DNA from: a virus
Taxonomy: Duplodnaviria > Caudoviricetes
Length of the DNA stretch: 64,000 bases
Strand: one strand, 5' to 3'
IMG/VR virus record: IMGVR_UViG_3300005077_000001
Coordinates: 160,001-224,000 of that record
This document shows, piece after piece, positions 21,695 to 31,130 of the stretch. The translations under genes and the position numbers were made by a program. Each line of letters opens with the position of its first letter. Positions within the stretch are counted from its first letter, which is position 1. Below the pieces are notes generated by a model that searched no databases, was not told the origin of the DNA, and saw only the letters and a list, made by a program, of their open reading frames with translations.

Positions 21695-23247
21695 TGAGTA
21701 GTATAATTAAAGTAACTGAAGATGGTATACAAATAAATTCTATCACTTTAAGAAGTGTAAGTGACATACGAGCTTATATAGCAACCATATACCAAACCAG
21801 TGACTTATCTACTCAATTAGGTATTCATAAACCAGAGCATATCTATGCTCATTTCAGAATAATCCAAACAAGTTATAGTGATTTGTTTACAACAATAGGA
21901 GGGCATTACTCTGATTATGCTTTGTTAAATGCATCTCTGTATGGTTTTAGATTTAAGGACATATATGCCTCTATAGGAGGTCACCAACCTGCTTACTTAT
22001 TTTCTCATTTTCAAATATGGCATGAGTCTTATTTACAAGCACAGATTGATATGCACTCTCCTGAAAATTTACTAGCAAATATTTATGGAGACCCTTATGG
22101 TGGTATAAATCTTCTTAGTTCATTTAGAATATTACAATCAAAAACCTTACAAGTCAATTTAAATGCTTGGACTAAATTTAAAGATTTATTTATATCTTGT
22201 ATGGGATGGAGAAAATTAGATTTAATTACTGAATTAGAAGCTAGCGGTGGGTATAAAAATTTAAATGTAAATCTACCATTACAATCCCAGTGGGTTAATT
22301 TATATGCTACTTTTCGTATTAATTTAAGAAGAATTTCTACAATTATAAAAGTGCATATGCTAGAGCATAAAGAACTCTATGCTATAATTAATAACTCATT
22401 CCCCTGTTACTTTGGAAGTTCTTATAAAAACCTATATGTAGAATTTTCATCTAGACCAGATTATCTTCTTCTAGCCTATCTACGTGGTATAAGAGGAACT
22501 GGTACAAAGGATTTAAGAATTTATATAAACCATGATGATTCTTTTTCTTACTATTTAGACACTAAAAAGTTGAATATCATTATTCCATTACGAAAAGAAT
22601 ATGTTGTAGATTTTAAAAGATTGAAGTATAATAATTTAATGTCGTCTGTTTATTTGGATTATAAAACAATTTCTTTTATTTATCCAAGACGACAAATCAC
22701 TGGTGGATATAGCACATTATATGTAGGGTTATCACCTTATGAGAATAAAACTCGTGATTTATATGTCGAATTATTCCCACTATACCAACTACCTCCTATT
22801 TTAAAAAACGTAAGTCAAGTAGAGCTTTGGTCTAATGACCCTCCTGAGCTTTATCGGATAATAGATATATTATTTGAACAGCAAGTACATGAATATATTT
22901 GGTCTGGATATGAACAAGTCGCTTATTCAAGAGCTTTGTGGGAGAAATGGTGTTTAATGTCTCGTGGGTATCTTCCAAGCACATTGAATGGAGGCCAAAT
23001 TGATTATGTTACAATGCAAAGTTTATGCGACATTAGGCAGTTTGCTAATACAGATGAAGCAATAAGGTATTTGATTGAAAAAACTGTCATCACTGGTACT
23101 TCAGATTTATATGCTTACATTTCCATGTTGACCGGCTGTAAAAATTTACAAATAAATTTTTCAATTATTTCAAATTTACAAGATTTAGTAATTACTTTAG
23201 AACCCGTACACACTAAAGACCTAAGTGTAAATTTGGTTGGAATTTAG
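21694..23247 (+). CDS. Repeat-containing probable structural protein (517 aa)
   Basis: Many imperfect 12-14 aa repeats of [SK][DN]Lx[AV]x[IL] type; TAATG coupling to the upstream gene. Confidence 0.55.
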   Translation: MSSIIKVTEDGIQINSITLRSVSDIRAYIATIYQTSDLSTQLGIHKPEHIYAHFRIIQTSYSDLFTTIGGHYSDYALLNASLYGFRFKDIYASIGGHQPAYLFSHFQIWHESYLQAQIDMHSPENLLANIYGDPYGGINLLSSFRILQSKTLQVNLNAWTKFKDLFISCMGWRKLDLITELEASGGYKNLNVNLPLQSQWVNLYATFRINLRRISTIIKVHMLEHKELYAIINNSFPCYFGSSYKNLYVEFSSRPDYLLLAYLRGIRGTGTKDLRIYINHDDSFSYYLDTKKLNIIIPLRKEYVVDFKRLKYNNLMSSVYLDYKTISFIYPRRQITGGYSTLYVGLSPYENKTRDLYVELFPLYQLPPILKNVSQVELWSNDPPELYRIIDILFEQQVHEYIWSGYEQVAYSRALWEKWCLMSRGYLPSTLNGGQIDYVTMQSLCDIRQFANTDEAIRYLIEKTVITGTSDLYAYISMLTGCKNLQINFSIISNLQDLVITLEPVHTKDLSVNLVGI

Positions 23248-23254
23248 TCCTTCC

Positions 23255-23281
23255 AAAAAATATTTCCTTAGTACTTATATA
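23255..23281 (+). promoter_or_regulatory. 27-bp direct repeat, copy 1 (AAAAAATATTTCCTTAGTACTTATATA); candidate phage promoter/operator
   Basis: Exact match to 23866-23892; both copies are intergenic and upstream of + strand genes. Confidence 0.6.
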
Positions 23282-23367
23282 TTATAGGACCTAGCAAGGG
23301 ACTTGCTTGCTGAATACATAAAAACTTTTGCTGTCGGGGGATAATTAACTATCCTATAGCTAAGTAC

Positions 23368-23460
23368 AGGAACCTCTTTTTAATTATTATGATGATGATT
23401 TATATTTGATTAACAATTTATGTAACACTTCGTTTAACACTAGCCTATAAAGAGGTTCCT
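23368..23460. repeat. 12-bp perfect inverted repeat (AGGAACCTCTTT / AAAGAGGTTCCT) enclosing 69 nt, followed by a T-run
   Basis: Arms at 23368-23379 and 23449-23460; ATTTTTTT follows the right arm. Confidence 0.75.
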
Positions 23461-23523
23461 ATTTTTTTATCAATTATCCAACTTTTTTATAGTAGTATAT
23501 TTTATTTTTTATTGAGGTGATTA

Positions 23524-23715
23524 ATGGCAGAGCGCACTGTAGTTACAATTTGCCCTAAATGTAGTAACAAACCTCATAGCCAAGATTTAATTTATAAAGA
23601 AGGATTACGTGTCCATAATCGTAAACCTAATTCTCAATTGGCTTGTACAGTTTGTGGAAATGTTAAAGGGGAAATTAAAATTGTAGCTGAAACTAACAAA
23701 AAGAGCAAAAAATAA
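23524..23715 (+). CDS. Small Zn-ribbon protein
   Basis: CPKC...CTVC; GAGGTG SD upstream. Confidence 0.7.
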   Translation: MAERTVVTICPKCSNKPHSQDLIYKEGLRVHNRKPNSQLACTVCGNVKGEIKIVAETNKKSKK

Positions 23716-23867
23716 TGGAATTAGAATCAGATTATTTTTGTCCTAAATGTGGTTCAAAAGAATATTTAATTTTGAACTGTGGATTAGTTTGGTGTTCTAA
23801 GTGTAAAAGATACGCCATTCATGAGGAAACCTACTGTGAATGGGAAGATGACGGGTACGCAGACTAA
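23715..23867 (+). CDS. Small Zn-ribbon protein (50 aa, not in ORF track)
   Basis: Translated by hand: MELESDYFCPKCGSKEYLILNCGLVWCSKCKRYAIHEETYCEWEDDGYAD; TAATG overlap with the upstream gene. Confidence 0.7.
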   Translation: MELESDYFCPKCGSKEYLILNCGLVWCSKCKRYAIHEETYCEWEDDGYAD

Positions 23868-23892
23868 AAAATATTTCCTTAGTACTTATATA
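23866..23892 (+). promoter_or_regulatory. 27-bp direct repeat, copy 2; candidate phage promoter/operator
   Basis: Exact copy of 23255-23281, followed by AGTAAGGAGG. Confidence 0.6.
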
Positions 23893-23936
23893 AGTAAGGA
23901 GGAAAATTTTGTATACTAAAAAGGGGCAGTTCGGAA

Positions 23937-24149
23937 ATGATAACCACTGTAATAATACATAGGCATACGTGTAGTTGTTGTGGGTATACGTGGGAGACTT
24001 ACGGATGCGAATGTAATCCAACCATATGCCCAGTGTGCTGTAAAAGTCAATGGGAACCGTGGAATCCTAGAAGACCATGGGAACGTGACCCATGGACAGG
24101 TGAAAAACCATTTGATGCTGTTTTTTCTAAGAAAGTGATATCAATTTAA
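23937..24149 (+). CDS. Small Cys-rich Zn-finger protein
   Basis: CSCCG...CPVCC motifs. Confidence 0.6.
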   Translation: MITTVIIHRHTCSCCGYTWETYGCECNPTICPVCCKSQWEPWNPRRPWERDPWTGEKPFDAVFSKKVISI

Positions 24150-24427
24150 TGGAACTATGCGTTATATGCCAAACTGATGAAGCTACAGAACGGCACCACG
24201 TTTGTCCTAGAAGTAAAGGGGGTAAAGAATGGATAATGTGTTGTCATGATTGTGGTGATAAAGTTCATTCTGCATTTAATAACATTGAATTGTCAATTAT
24301 GACATTAGGAGAATTATTAAGTACTAAAGAAATGCAAGAGTGGCTTCTATGGAAAAAGAAACATCCAGGTGACCATTCTACGAAGATGTCTAATAAAGTT
24401 AAGGAATGGAAAAAGTATCATAGATAA
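24149..24427 (+). CDS. HNH endonuclease (small, Zn-binding)
   Basis: CVIC...RHHVCPRSKGG...CHDCGDKVH, a typical HNH/McrA-like pattern. Confidence 0.8.
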   Translation: MELCVICQTDEATERHHVCPRSKGGKEWIMCCHDCGDKVHSAFNNIELSIMTLGELLSTKEMQEWLLWKKKHPGDHSTKMSNKVKEWKKYHR

Positions 24428-24627
24428 TGGGTGATATTATATTTATTAAAGATTACCTTGATAGAAAAGCATCAGAAAAAGAGTATCAAGATTTTTCTTC
24501 TGAACTCTATAGGTTATATCCTATAGAGGCTGTTCGTGTTCCAACCAGATATTATCTTGCCTTAGAAAGACAACAAAATCCTGATTATTATTTAAATATT
24601 TATTTTCATCCAGATTTTGATTGGTAA
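24427..24627 (+). CDS. Hypothetical protein
   Basis: Coupled ORF in the + strand operon. Confidence 0.55.
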   Translation: MGDIIFIKDYLDRKASEKEYQDFSSELYRLYPIEAVRVPTRYYLALERQQNPDYYLNIYFHPDFDW

Positions 24628-24652
24628 TAAAAAATAAAATAAAGGAGTATAA

Positions 24653-25828
24653 ATGCACGTAAAAGTAAATCCAATTTTGCTTAGAGATGCAGTATTAAAA
24701 CTTAGACACCTTAATAAAGTTTCTTCTCTAGATATTAAATATATGGTTTATTGTTTAAATGCTAAAGAAGATAATACTCTTGACATTATTGCTAGTGATT
24801 TAGATTCCGTTTCTATCAAAGTTACAATCCCTGTGAATGTTATCAAGAGCGGCTGTATCAATATCAATGGAAATAATTTCCAAAAAGTAATTAATAAAAT
24901 TCAAAGTAAAAATGAAGTTAAAACAGACATAGTTGATTTAAAATTAAAAGATAATAATCTTATGTTTAATACAAAAACAATTTACAATGATGTTGAAATT
25001 GATAATAGCAGATTGTTTACTTTAGTAGAATTTGATTTTAGTAATGAAGGTGATTCATTAAAAGGACAGAAACTTTCTTGGATGGATGCTGTCTTACTAA
25101 AAGATATGCTAAATATATGTGCCAGTATAACTGATAATAAAAATGTAGATTATATTGAATTATCTGGTATTGCTTTTAAATTAAGTAAAGACGGTCACCT
25201 AGTTTTAGCTGGTTGTGACGGACCAAAATTGGTGGAATGCTCAACAATGTTGAGCGGAGAATATCCAGAAGTAAATGCTGTCCTTCCTAAAATTATATTT
25301 ACTATTTTAAACGGAAGTGTAGCTCCAGAGGAGCAAATTGGCTTTGTATTTTCTGATAGAGAAGCAAGATTTGAATTGCACAAAGATAAGGAAAATATGC
25401 ATGTTGTTATTACTTGTTCTTTAGTATATGGAAACTATCCCAATTTCAATGATTTTTTTAATGTGGATGCTCAATCCTTGATTCTAAATAACCAATTACT
25501 ATTAGACAATATTTTGAATATCTCCGATATTCTTAGTGATGATTCATTTAAAGTAGAGTTAAAGGCAAAAGGAACCAAACTAGATTTAAAAGGAGCAAGT
25601 TCTTTAACTAAAGAAATCAGAAATGAGGGTTTAAAGTTAAATAAAGCCGTGGATAATGAGGTATCAATTGTAATCAATGCAAACGATATTAAAAGCATAT
25701 TGTCTTTTATAAAGGATAGAGACGTGGAATTAAGAATTGGTACGATGGAACAACCTATCACTATACTACCTATCACCGATAATCCTTCCATTGCTTTAAG
25801 AGGGCTAATATCACCAATAGTAGTATGA
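24653..25828 (+). CDS. dnaN: DNA polymerase III beta sliding clamp-like protein
   Basis: 391 aa; IIASDLD...IKVTIP...SGCINI, LVLAGCDGPKL, GNYPNFNDFF, INANDIKSIL...ELRIGTMEQPITI match the three-domain beta-clamp pattern. Confidence 0.8.
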   Translation: MHVKVNPILLRDAVLKLRHLNKVSSLDIKYMVYCLNAKEDNTLDIIASDLDSVSIKVTIPVNVIKSGCININGNNFQKVINKIQSKNEVKTDIVDLKLKDNNLMFNTKTIYNDVEIDNSRLFTLVEFDFSNEGDSLKGQKLSWMDAVLLKDMLNICASITDNKNVDYIELSGIAFKLSKDGHLVLAGCDGPKLVECSTMLSGEYPEVNAVLPKIIFTILNGSVAPEEQIGFVFSDREARFELHKDKENMHVVITCSLVYGNYPNFNDFFNVDAQSLILNNQLLLDNILNISDILSDDSFKVELKAKGTKLDLKGASSLTKEIRNEGLKLNKAVDNEVSIVINANDIKSILSFIKDRDVELRIGTMEQPITILPITDNPSIALRGLISPIVV

Positions 25829-25838
25829 GGATACATAC

Positions 25839-26690
25839 ATGAAACGTAAAAGTTCGTTGTTATTTAATCAAAGTAAAAAGGATAAGATTCAATATTGTAT
25901 TGAGTGTTTGCATCAAAATGGCTATGGTGTATTCAAACTTGATGATACTGATGATATAAAGATAGAAGAAATGATTTTACAATTACAATCTTTGGGCCAT
26001 AAAATTACTAGATTGGAAGAAGATTTGGTTAAAGTTGATGTTAGTAAAATACGTAATAGTGAAGATATTGTAATGTATTTTTATGAAATGTTAAAACGTA
26101 ATAAGCTTAATCATGACCCCACAAAAATTCCTAAAAACAGAGATGAAAGAAAAACTGATATAAGTATAGTTAATTCCTATATTCAGCATCGCGTTTTAAA
26201 TAATAATATGAGTTCTAAAATTGCCTTGGAAGAACTTTTCAAATTAATAGAAATTCTTTTTGAAGTATATGAAGATTGGGGTATAAATTTAGAGAGCATG
26301 GGAGTTCTAAGTGTTAACTCTAGTAAGGGGTTAGTAAATTCTTTGTTACAAGAATTAAAAAGCAGAGAAGATTCCGAATTAGAATTTGTAATAAGTGAAT
26401 TAATATACGAAAGGAACTCTAATGACTATGAAGTAGTTATAGAAGAAAGTATTAATGAACTAGATAAAATACAATTAGAGCCAGAAGTTGAACCTAAAGA
26501 AATAAAATTTAGAGAAGAACCTACAGAAGAGCCAATCGTAATAAAACGAAAAAGAGGAAGACCCAAAGGCTCAAAAAATAAGCCAAAAGAAGTAGAAGTT
26601 GTTGAAGTACAAAAGGTTGAGGAAGAGTTACCTATAAAAAAACGTCTTGGTAGACCCAAAGGCTCAAAAAATAAACCAAAGGAGAAATAA
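25839..26690 (+). CDS. Putative DNA-binding protein with two C-terminal AT-hook motifs
   Basis: KRKRGRPKGSKNKPK and KKRLGRPKGSKNKPK, encoded by an exact 23-bp repeat (26559-26581, 26652-26674), preceded by an acidic linker. Confidence 0.6.
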   Translation: MKRKSSLLFNQSKKDKIQYCIECLHQNGYGVFKLDDTDDIKIEEMILQLQSLGHKITRLEEDLVKVDVSKIRNSEDIVMYFYEMLKRNKLNHDPTKIPKNRDERKTDISIVNSYIQHRVLNNNMSSKIALEELFKLIEILFEVYEDWGINLESMGVLSVNSSKGLVNSLLQELKSREDSELEFVISELIYERNSNDYEVVIEESINELDKIQLEPEVEPKEIKFREEPTEEPIVIKRKRGRPKGSKNKPKEVEVVEVQKVEEELPIKKRLGRPKGSKNKPKEK

Positions 26691-27823
26691 TGGCTAGAAA
26701 AAAAGAGAAAAAAACTGAAATTGAAACAGTAATAGTAGACCCTGCTCTTCAACGAGAAATGGATGATAAACTATTTGAAGCTCTTAAAAAAGAACTTACT
26801 GGTAAATATAAAGGAAGTGTAATAGAATGGTTATCTAGTCCTAAATTGGAAGATAAATATTTTATTTCTTCTGGTTCAATTGCTTTAGACATTGCTTTAG
26901 GTGGAAAAGGATTTCCAGTAAAGAAATTAGTTGAAATATATGGTCCTCCTAGTGGGGGAAAGACAAGCTTATGTATCGAAATAATTAGAAACGCCCAGAA
27001 AGCATTTCCTAATAAAAAACAATTTATTGCTGATGCTGAAGATAAATTATCCACAACTATGGCATTAGATTGGGGACTCGTAGGTGATTCTGTTGCAGTA
27101 TTAAAGGCTGTTGGGGGAGAAGATATTGTTGATGAGGGAGAACAGATGCTCAATAGCGGCTTATTTAATATAGGAGTTCTAGATAGTGTAGCAAGTATAA
27201 GACCTATGAAGGAAATAGAGAATGCTACTGAGAAAGATTTAATGGGAGGTAATTCCAAATTAGTAACAAAAGCTGTTTACAAATGGTCAGCTGCTGCAAT
27301 TGCAACCGAATGCCTACTGCTATTTATCAATCAAGTTAGAGCAAACTTTAAAAGCCCTATGGGTGGAGTGATTACTCCAGGTGGGTATGCATTAGAGCAT
27401 ATTGCTTCTGTTAAACTGAAAGTCTTTACTAAAGGTAAGCAGAGCTTATTGAAGGAAAAAGATGGAAGATTATTTGGTCATAAGTGTTATGTTCAGATTG
27501 AAAAAAACCACCTATCCATTCCAGTTGGATATGAAATTGAATTATACTTAGAATATGGTAAAAGAATTAATCCATATATGGAAGTTTTAAAATTAGGAAC
27601 CGAAACAGGATTAATTGGAAAAGGCGGTGGTGGTTGGTACGAATTTAAAGACGATAAGATTCAAGGAGAAACAGAAGCTGGTAGATATTTGGAAGAAAAT
27701 ACTGAACTATATGAATCTCTACGAGCAGAGCTATATGAGCTTGGTTCTAAAAACCCCGCCGTTGTAGCTAAAGAATTAGAATTAGATAATACAAAAGAAA
27801 ATAAAGAGCAGATTTTTGAGTGA
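26690..27823 (+). CDS. recA: RecA recombinase
   Basis: ISSGSIALDIALGGKG, Walker A GPPSGGKTS, VLDSVA, FINQVR, TPGGYALEH. Confidence 0.95.
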   Translation: MARKKEKKTEIETVIVDPALQREMDDKLFEALKKELTGKYKGSVIEWLSSPKLEDKYFISSGSIALDIALGGKGFPVKKLVEIYGPPSGGKTSLCIEIIRNAQKAFPNKKQFIADAEDKLSTTMALDWGLVGDSVAVLKAVGGEDIVDEGEQMLNSGLFNIGVLDSVASIRPMKEIENATEKDLMGGNSKLVTKAVYKWSAAAIATECLLLFINQVRANFKSPMGGVITPGGYALEHIASVKLKVFTKGKQSLLKEKDGRLFGHKCYVQIEKNHLSIPVGYEIELYLEYGKRINPYMEVLKLGTETGLIGKGGGGWYEFKDDKIQGETEAGRYLEENTELYESLRAELYELGSKNPAVVAKELELDNTKENKEQIFE

Positions 27824-28166
27824 CATAGAAGAGCGGATGTATAGTTTATTACAAGAAACTTTTCCTCATTATAAAATAGAAAGACAATTCTATATTATAA
27901 TAAATAATCAAAAATTATTTTTTGATTTTAAAGTAGAGGTTTTAAAATTACTCATTGAGATACAAGGTGAACAACATTATAATTTTAATAAATTCTATCA
28001 CAATGATACTCGGTCATTTAATCAATATAAAATGAGAGATAAAATGAAAGTGCATTGGGCAGAAGAAAATAGCTATACCCTTTTATCTTTTTCGCAAGAA
28101 GAAATTCCTAAAGATAAATTTGAATTAATTAATCTAATACATACTAGTAAGGTGATAGATGGATAA
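27816..28166 (+). CDS. DUF559/Vsr-like PD-(D/E)XK endonuclease
   Basis: FFDF...LLIEIQGEQHY...RDKMK pattern. Confidence 0.7.
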   Translation: MSDIEERMYSLLQETFPHYKIERQFYIIINNQKLFFDFKVEVLKLLIEIQGEQHYNFNKFYHNDTRSFNQYKMRDKMKVHWAEENSYTLLSFSQEEIPKDKFELINLIHTSKVIDG

Positions 28167-28644
28167 CGGAACAAAAGAATTTGATATAACTTCTGAGTAT
28201 GCTAAAAAATATAGATTTCATTTGTTAAATTTCAATGAATCCATTATAGACACTATCTTCTCTGATTCTTTACCTGACATGATCAACGTACTGCCTTCTG
28301 AAGACTTAACTAAGTATCTAGTAGCTTTATCTCAATATATGCTATATGTAAATTATCAACATAACTTAGATAATATATATTTTATGGAACATAAGAGGAT
28401 ATTTGATTCTAAACGAATGGAGATTATCATACTAAACGATTTAAAGGGGAGATCGAATGATGAGCTACTAGCTAAAGCGTTAGATAAGGACCCATCTTTG
28501 AAAATACTAGAGGATAAGGCTAAGGAAGCAGAAAAGATAGCTAGAATAGCAGAAAAAATAATGGATAGTGTAAAAGAACTTATAAATGCTATAAAGAAAG
28601 AATTAGAACGGAGAAATTATGAAAGACAAACTGGAAAGATCTGA
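28159..28644 (+). CDS. Coiled-coil protein, possible UvsY-like recombination mediator
   Basis: Helical coiled-coil of UvsY-like size between recA and dnaB; no specific motif recognised. Confidence 0.35.
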   Translation: MDNGTKEFDITSEYAKKYRFHLLNFNESIIDTIFSDSLPDMINVLPSEDLTKYLVALSQYMLYVNYQHNLDNIYFMEHKRIFDSKRMEIIILNDLKGRSNDELLAKALDKDPSLKILEDKAKEAEKIARIAEKIMDSVKELINAIKKELERRNYERQTGKI

Positions 28645-30046
28645 TGTTGAACGTGCAGTCATATCCCTCCTTTTAAGAAATAATAATTTAATACTTGAAG
28701 TTGATGGGAAGTTAGCTCCTAATGATTTTCAAAACGCTATTAATAAGCATTTATTTAGAGAGATAATAGGATTATATAATACAGGCTTTTCTACTTTTTC
28801 AAAAGAAGAATTTGTTAATGTTATAGTTCGTGCTAGTGCATTTGATTCCAAAGCTTTAGAAGAATATGTTGATGCTCTTTATGATGTAGATATAAAAGCA
28901 GATAATATATTGAATTATATAGACATATTGCTTGATTTAAGATTAAAGCGTGATATGCTTTTTAATTTGAAGGATTGCTTGGATTATGTAGATCTCAATA
29001 TTGAAAAATATAAAGGACAAGAGTTATTAGGGAAAGTACAGGAACAAATATTTAAGGTAAGTACTAGTGCTATTAAAAAAGGACCCGTTGATGTTTCAGA
29101 ATTAGTGACTAAGATATTACCAGAAAAATTAGCTAATAAAGAACATAATTTAGGAGTCCCCAGCCCTTTTCCAGAATTAGATAAGTATACTTTAGGTTTT
29201 AAACGTAAACGATTATATGTGGTTAGTGCTCGACCAAATGAAGGTAAATCTTCCTTTGCTCTAAATTGTGCATTATACGCAGCTTACTTTGCTAAAATGA
29301 ATAGAGCAAGAGTCTTGTATTTAGATACAGAAATGGCTGAAGAAGAGTGGTTTGATAGGGCTACTTCAAATTTATCTGGTGTAGATGGGCAAGTAATTGA
29401 AGCTGGGTTATGGGAAAGAAATGAAAAGGAGAATGAGGCTGTTAAGAAAGCTCACGATATTCTATTACAGCCGAATCATATCTTCTTTGAGCATATTCCA
29501 GACTTTTCCCTTGAAAGTTTAACTTCCTTGATTAGGCAATATGTATACATGTATAATATTGGATTTATAATTTATGACTATATTAAATTACCAGAGTCTT
29601 ACGATTTTTCTAGAGATGAGTGGGAAATTATTTATGGTTTAGCTAGAAAATTAAAATACTTAGCTAAGATATTGGATGTACCTATCCTGGCGCTTTTACA
29701 GCAGAATAGAGAAGGAGATAGCAAATCTAGAGTTGGAGGAACAGTTCTAGCTGGAGGAGATGGGGTTTTAAAAGAAGCAGATGGCGTATTCTTCCTTAAT
29801 CAGAAATCTTATAAAGAAATAGAGCAAGAAGGATTAGACTATGGAACTCATATTTTTCAAGTATATAAGTTACGAAACGGACCAAAATCTTTTAAGGGAT
29901 TCAATTTAGATTTTAAAAATTATTGTTACAGATTTTACTCAGCTAGAAAACAAAGTATAGAAATAATTCCAGCAACAGCTTTACCAAAACCAAATGGAGA
30001 AGCTAATATTAAAATGTTAAATACCTTAGGTAGAAATGCAAAATAA
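28619..30046 (+). CDS. dnaB: Replicative DNA helicase
   Basis: N-terminal ERAVISLLL; SPFPELDKYTLG; Walker A ARPNEGKSS; YLDTEM; IIYDYIKL; LLQQNRE. Confidence 0.93.
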   Translation: MKDKLERSDVERAVISLLLRNNNLILEVDGKLAPNDFQNAINKHLFREIIGLYNTGFSTFSKEEFVNVIVRASAFDSKALEEYVDALYDVDIKADNILNYIDILLDLRLKRDMLFNLKDCLDYVDLNIEKYKGQELLGKVQEQIFKVSTSAIKKGPVDVSELVTKILPEKLANKEHNLGVPSPFPELDKYTLGFKRKRLYVVSARPNEGKSSFALNCALYAAYFAKMNRARVLYLDTEMAEEEWFDRATSNLSGVDGQVIEAGLWERNEKENEAVKKAHDILLQPNHIFFEHIPDFSLESLTSLIRQYVYMYNIGFIIYDYIKLPESYDFSRDEWEIIYGLARKLKYLAKILDVPILALLQQNREGDSKSRVGGTVLAGGDGVLKEADGVFFLNQKSYKEIEQEGLDYGTHIFQVYKLRNGPKSFKGFNLDFKNYCYRFYSARKQSIEIIPATALPKPNGEANIKMLNTLGRNAK

Positions 30047-31130
30047 AGAAATAATTAAATTGATTAAAGATACTGTTAATCCTATGTATGTATTTAGTTC
30101 TTTAGGATTAAAAGCTACTCATGAAACTTCTACAGAAATAAGAACAAAATGTCCTTTTCACAAAGGGAAAAATCCAACCTCTTTTAGATTTAATAAAACT
30201 ACTGGATCATGGGTATGCTTTTCAAACCACTGTCATGAAAATTATAGTGATATCTTTGGATTAGTTATGAAGGTGCTAGGAGTAGATTTTAAGCAAGCAT
30301 TAAATTATGTTGCTGATTTGGCGGGTATTGATATTAATGGGGGGTTAGCTAATCCAGATACAGAGAAGCTATTGACTGAAGCAAGTATTTTAAATTTTAT
30401 ATCTTCTAGAAGAGTTAAATCTACCAATTCAAGTCGTAAAGTATATGACGAATCAATATTACAAGAAATAAAGCAGATAGATAGTTCTTACTTTTTTATG
30501 CGAGATGGGTTTTCTGAAGAGACTTTGCGCTATTTTGAACTTGGAGGTTCTTATATAGATACGTTTGGTGTTACTAGATCGGCCATACCTATTAGAGATG
30601 AGAATAATAATTTAGTTATGATAACGGGAAGAAGAATAGACAATGATGATGACCCTAGATATTTACCATTGGAAAAGGGGTGGTATAAAGGTAGTGTATT
30701 GTATAACTACAATAATGCAAAAAATTGGATTAATGTATATGAAGGCCGATTAATAATTGTAGAAGGTTTTAAAGGTTGTTGGAAGATGGTACAAGATGGG
30801 TTTTTTAATACGGTCGCGTGTATGGGATCTAAAGTAACTTCTGAACAATCAAAATTGCTATTTAAGAATATGCATATAAGAGAAGTTATAATCATGTTGG
30901 ATGGGGATAAAGCTGGTAGAAAAGGAAGTGTTTCATCATTAAATAATATTAGAATTGGATGTAAGGTTACGAATATTATATTACCTGATAAAACTGATCC
31001 CAGTACTTTAAATAAAGAAGATATGTTTGATTTATTATCTTCAAAGAATAGTTATTTTACTAAGTTAATAAACAAACTAAAAAAGGAGCAAAGTGAAAAT
31101 GGAGAATCGACCATTCGGAGCAACTCGTAA
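30036..31130 (+). CDS. dnaG: DNA primase (CHC2 Zn finger + TOPRIM)
   Basis: CPFH...CFSNHC; IPIRDENNNLVMITGR; IIVEGFKG; MLDGDKAG; LPDKTDP. Confidence 0.92.
   Translation: MQNKEIIKLIKDTVNPMYVFSSLGLKATHETSTEIRTKCPFHKGKNPTSFRFNKTTGSWVCFSNHCHENYSDIFGLVMKVLGVDFKQALNYVADLAGIDINGGLANPDTEKLLTEASILNFISSRRVKSTNSSRKVYDESILQEIKQIDSSYFFMRDGFSEETLRYFELGGSYIDTFGVTRSAIPIRDENNNLVMITGRRIDNDDDPRYLPLEKGWYKGSVLYNYNNAKNWINVYEGRLIIVEGFKGCWKMVQDGFFNTVACMGSKVTSEQSKLLFKNMHIREVIIMLDGDKAGRKGSVSSLNNIRIGCKVTNIILPDKTDPSTLNKEDMFDLLSSKNSYFTKLINKLKKEQSENGESTIRSNS

Noticed and set aside
23248-23520. tRNA, tmRNA or CRISPR array in the main intergenic gap
   Set aside because: No cloverleaf or T-loop consensus and no regularly spaced repeat-spacer units; only two copies of the 27-mer, 611 bp apart.
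27047-27055. Perfect DnaA box TTATCCACA
   Set aside because: Single copy inside the recA coding sequence; expected by chance in AT-rich DNA.
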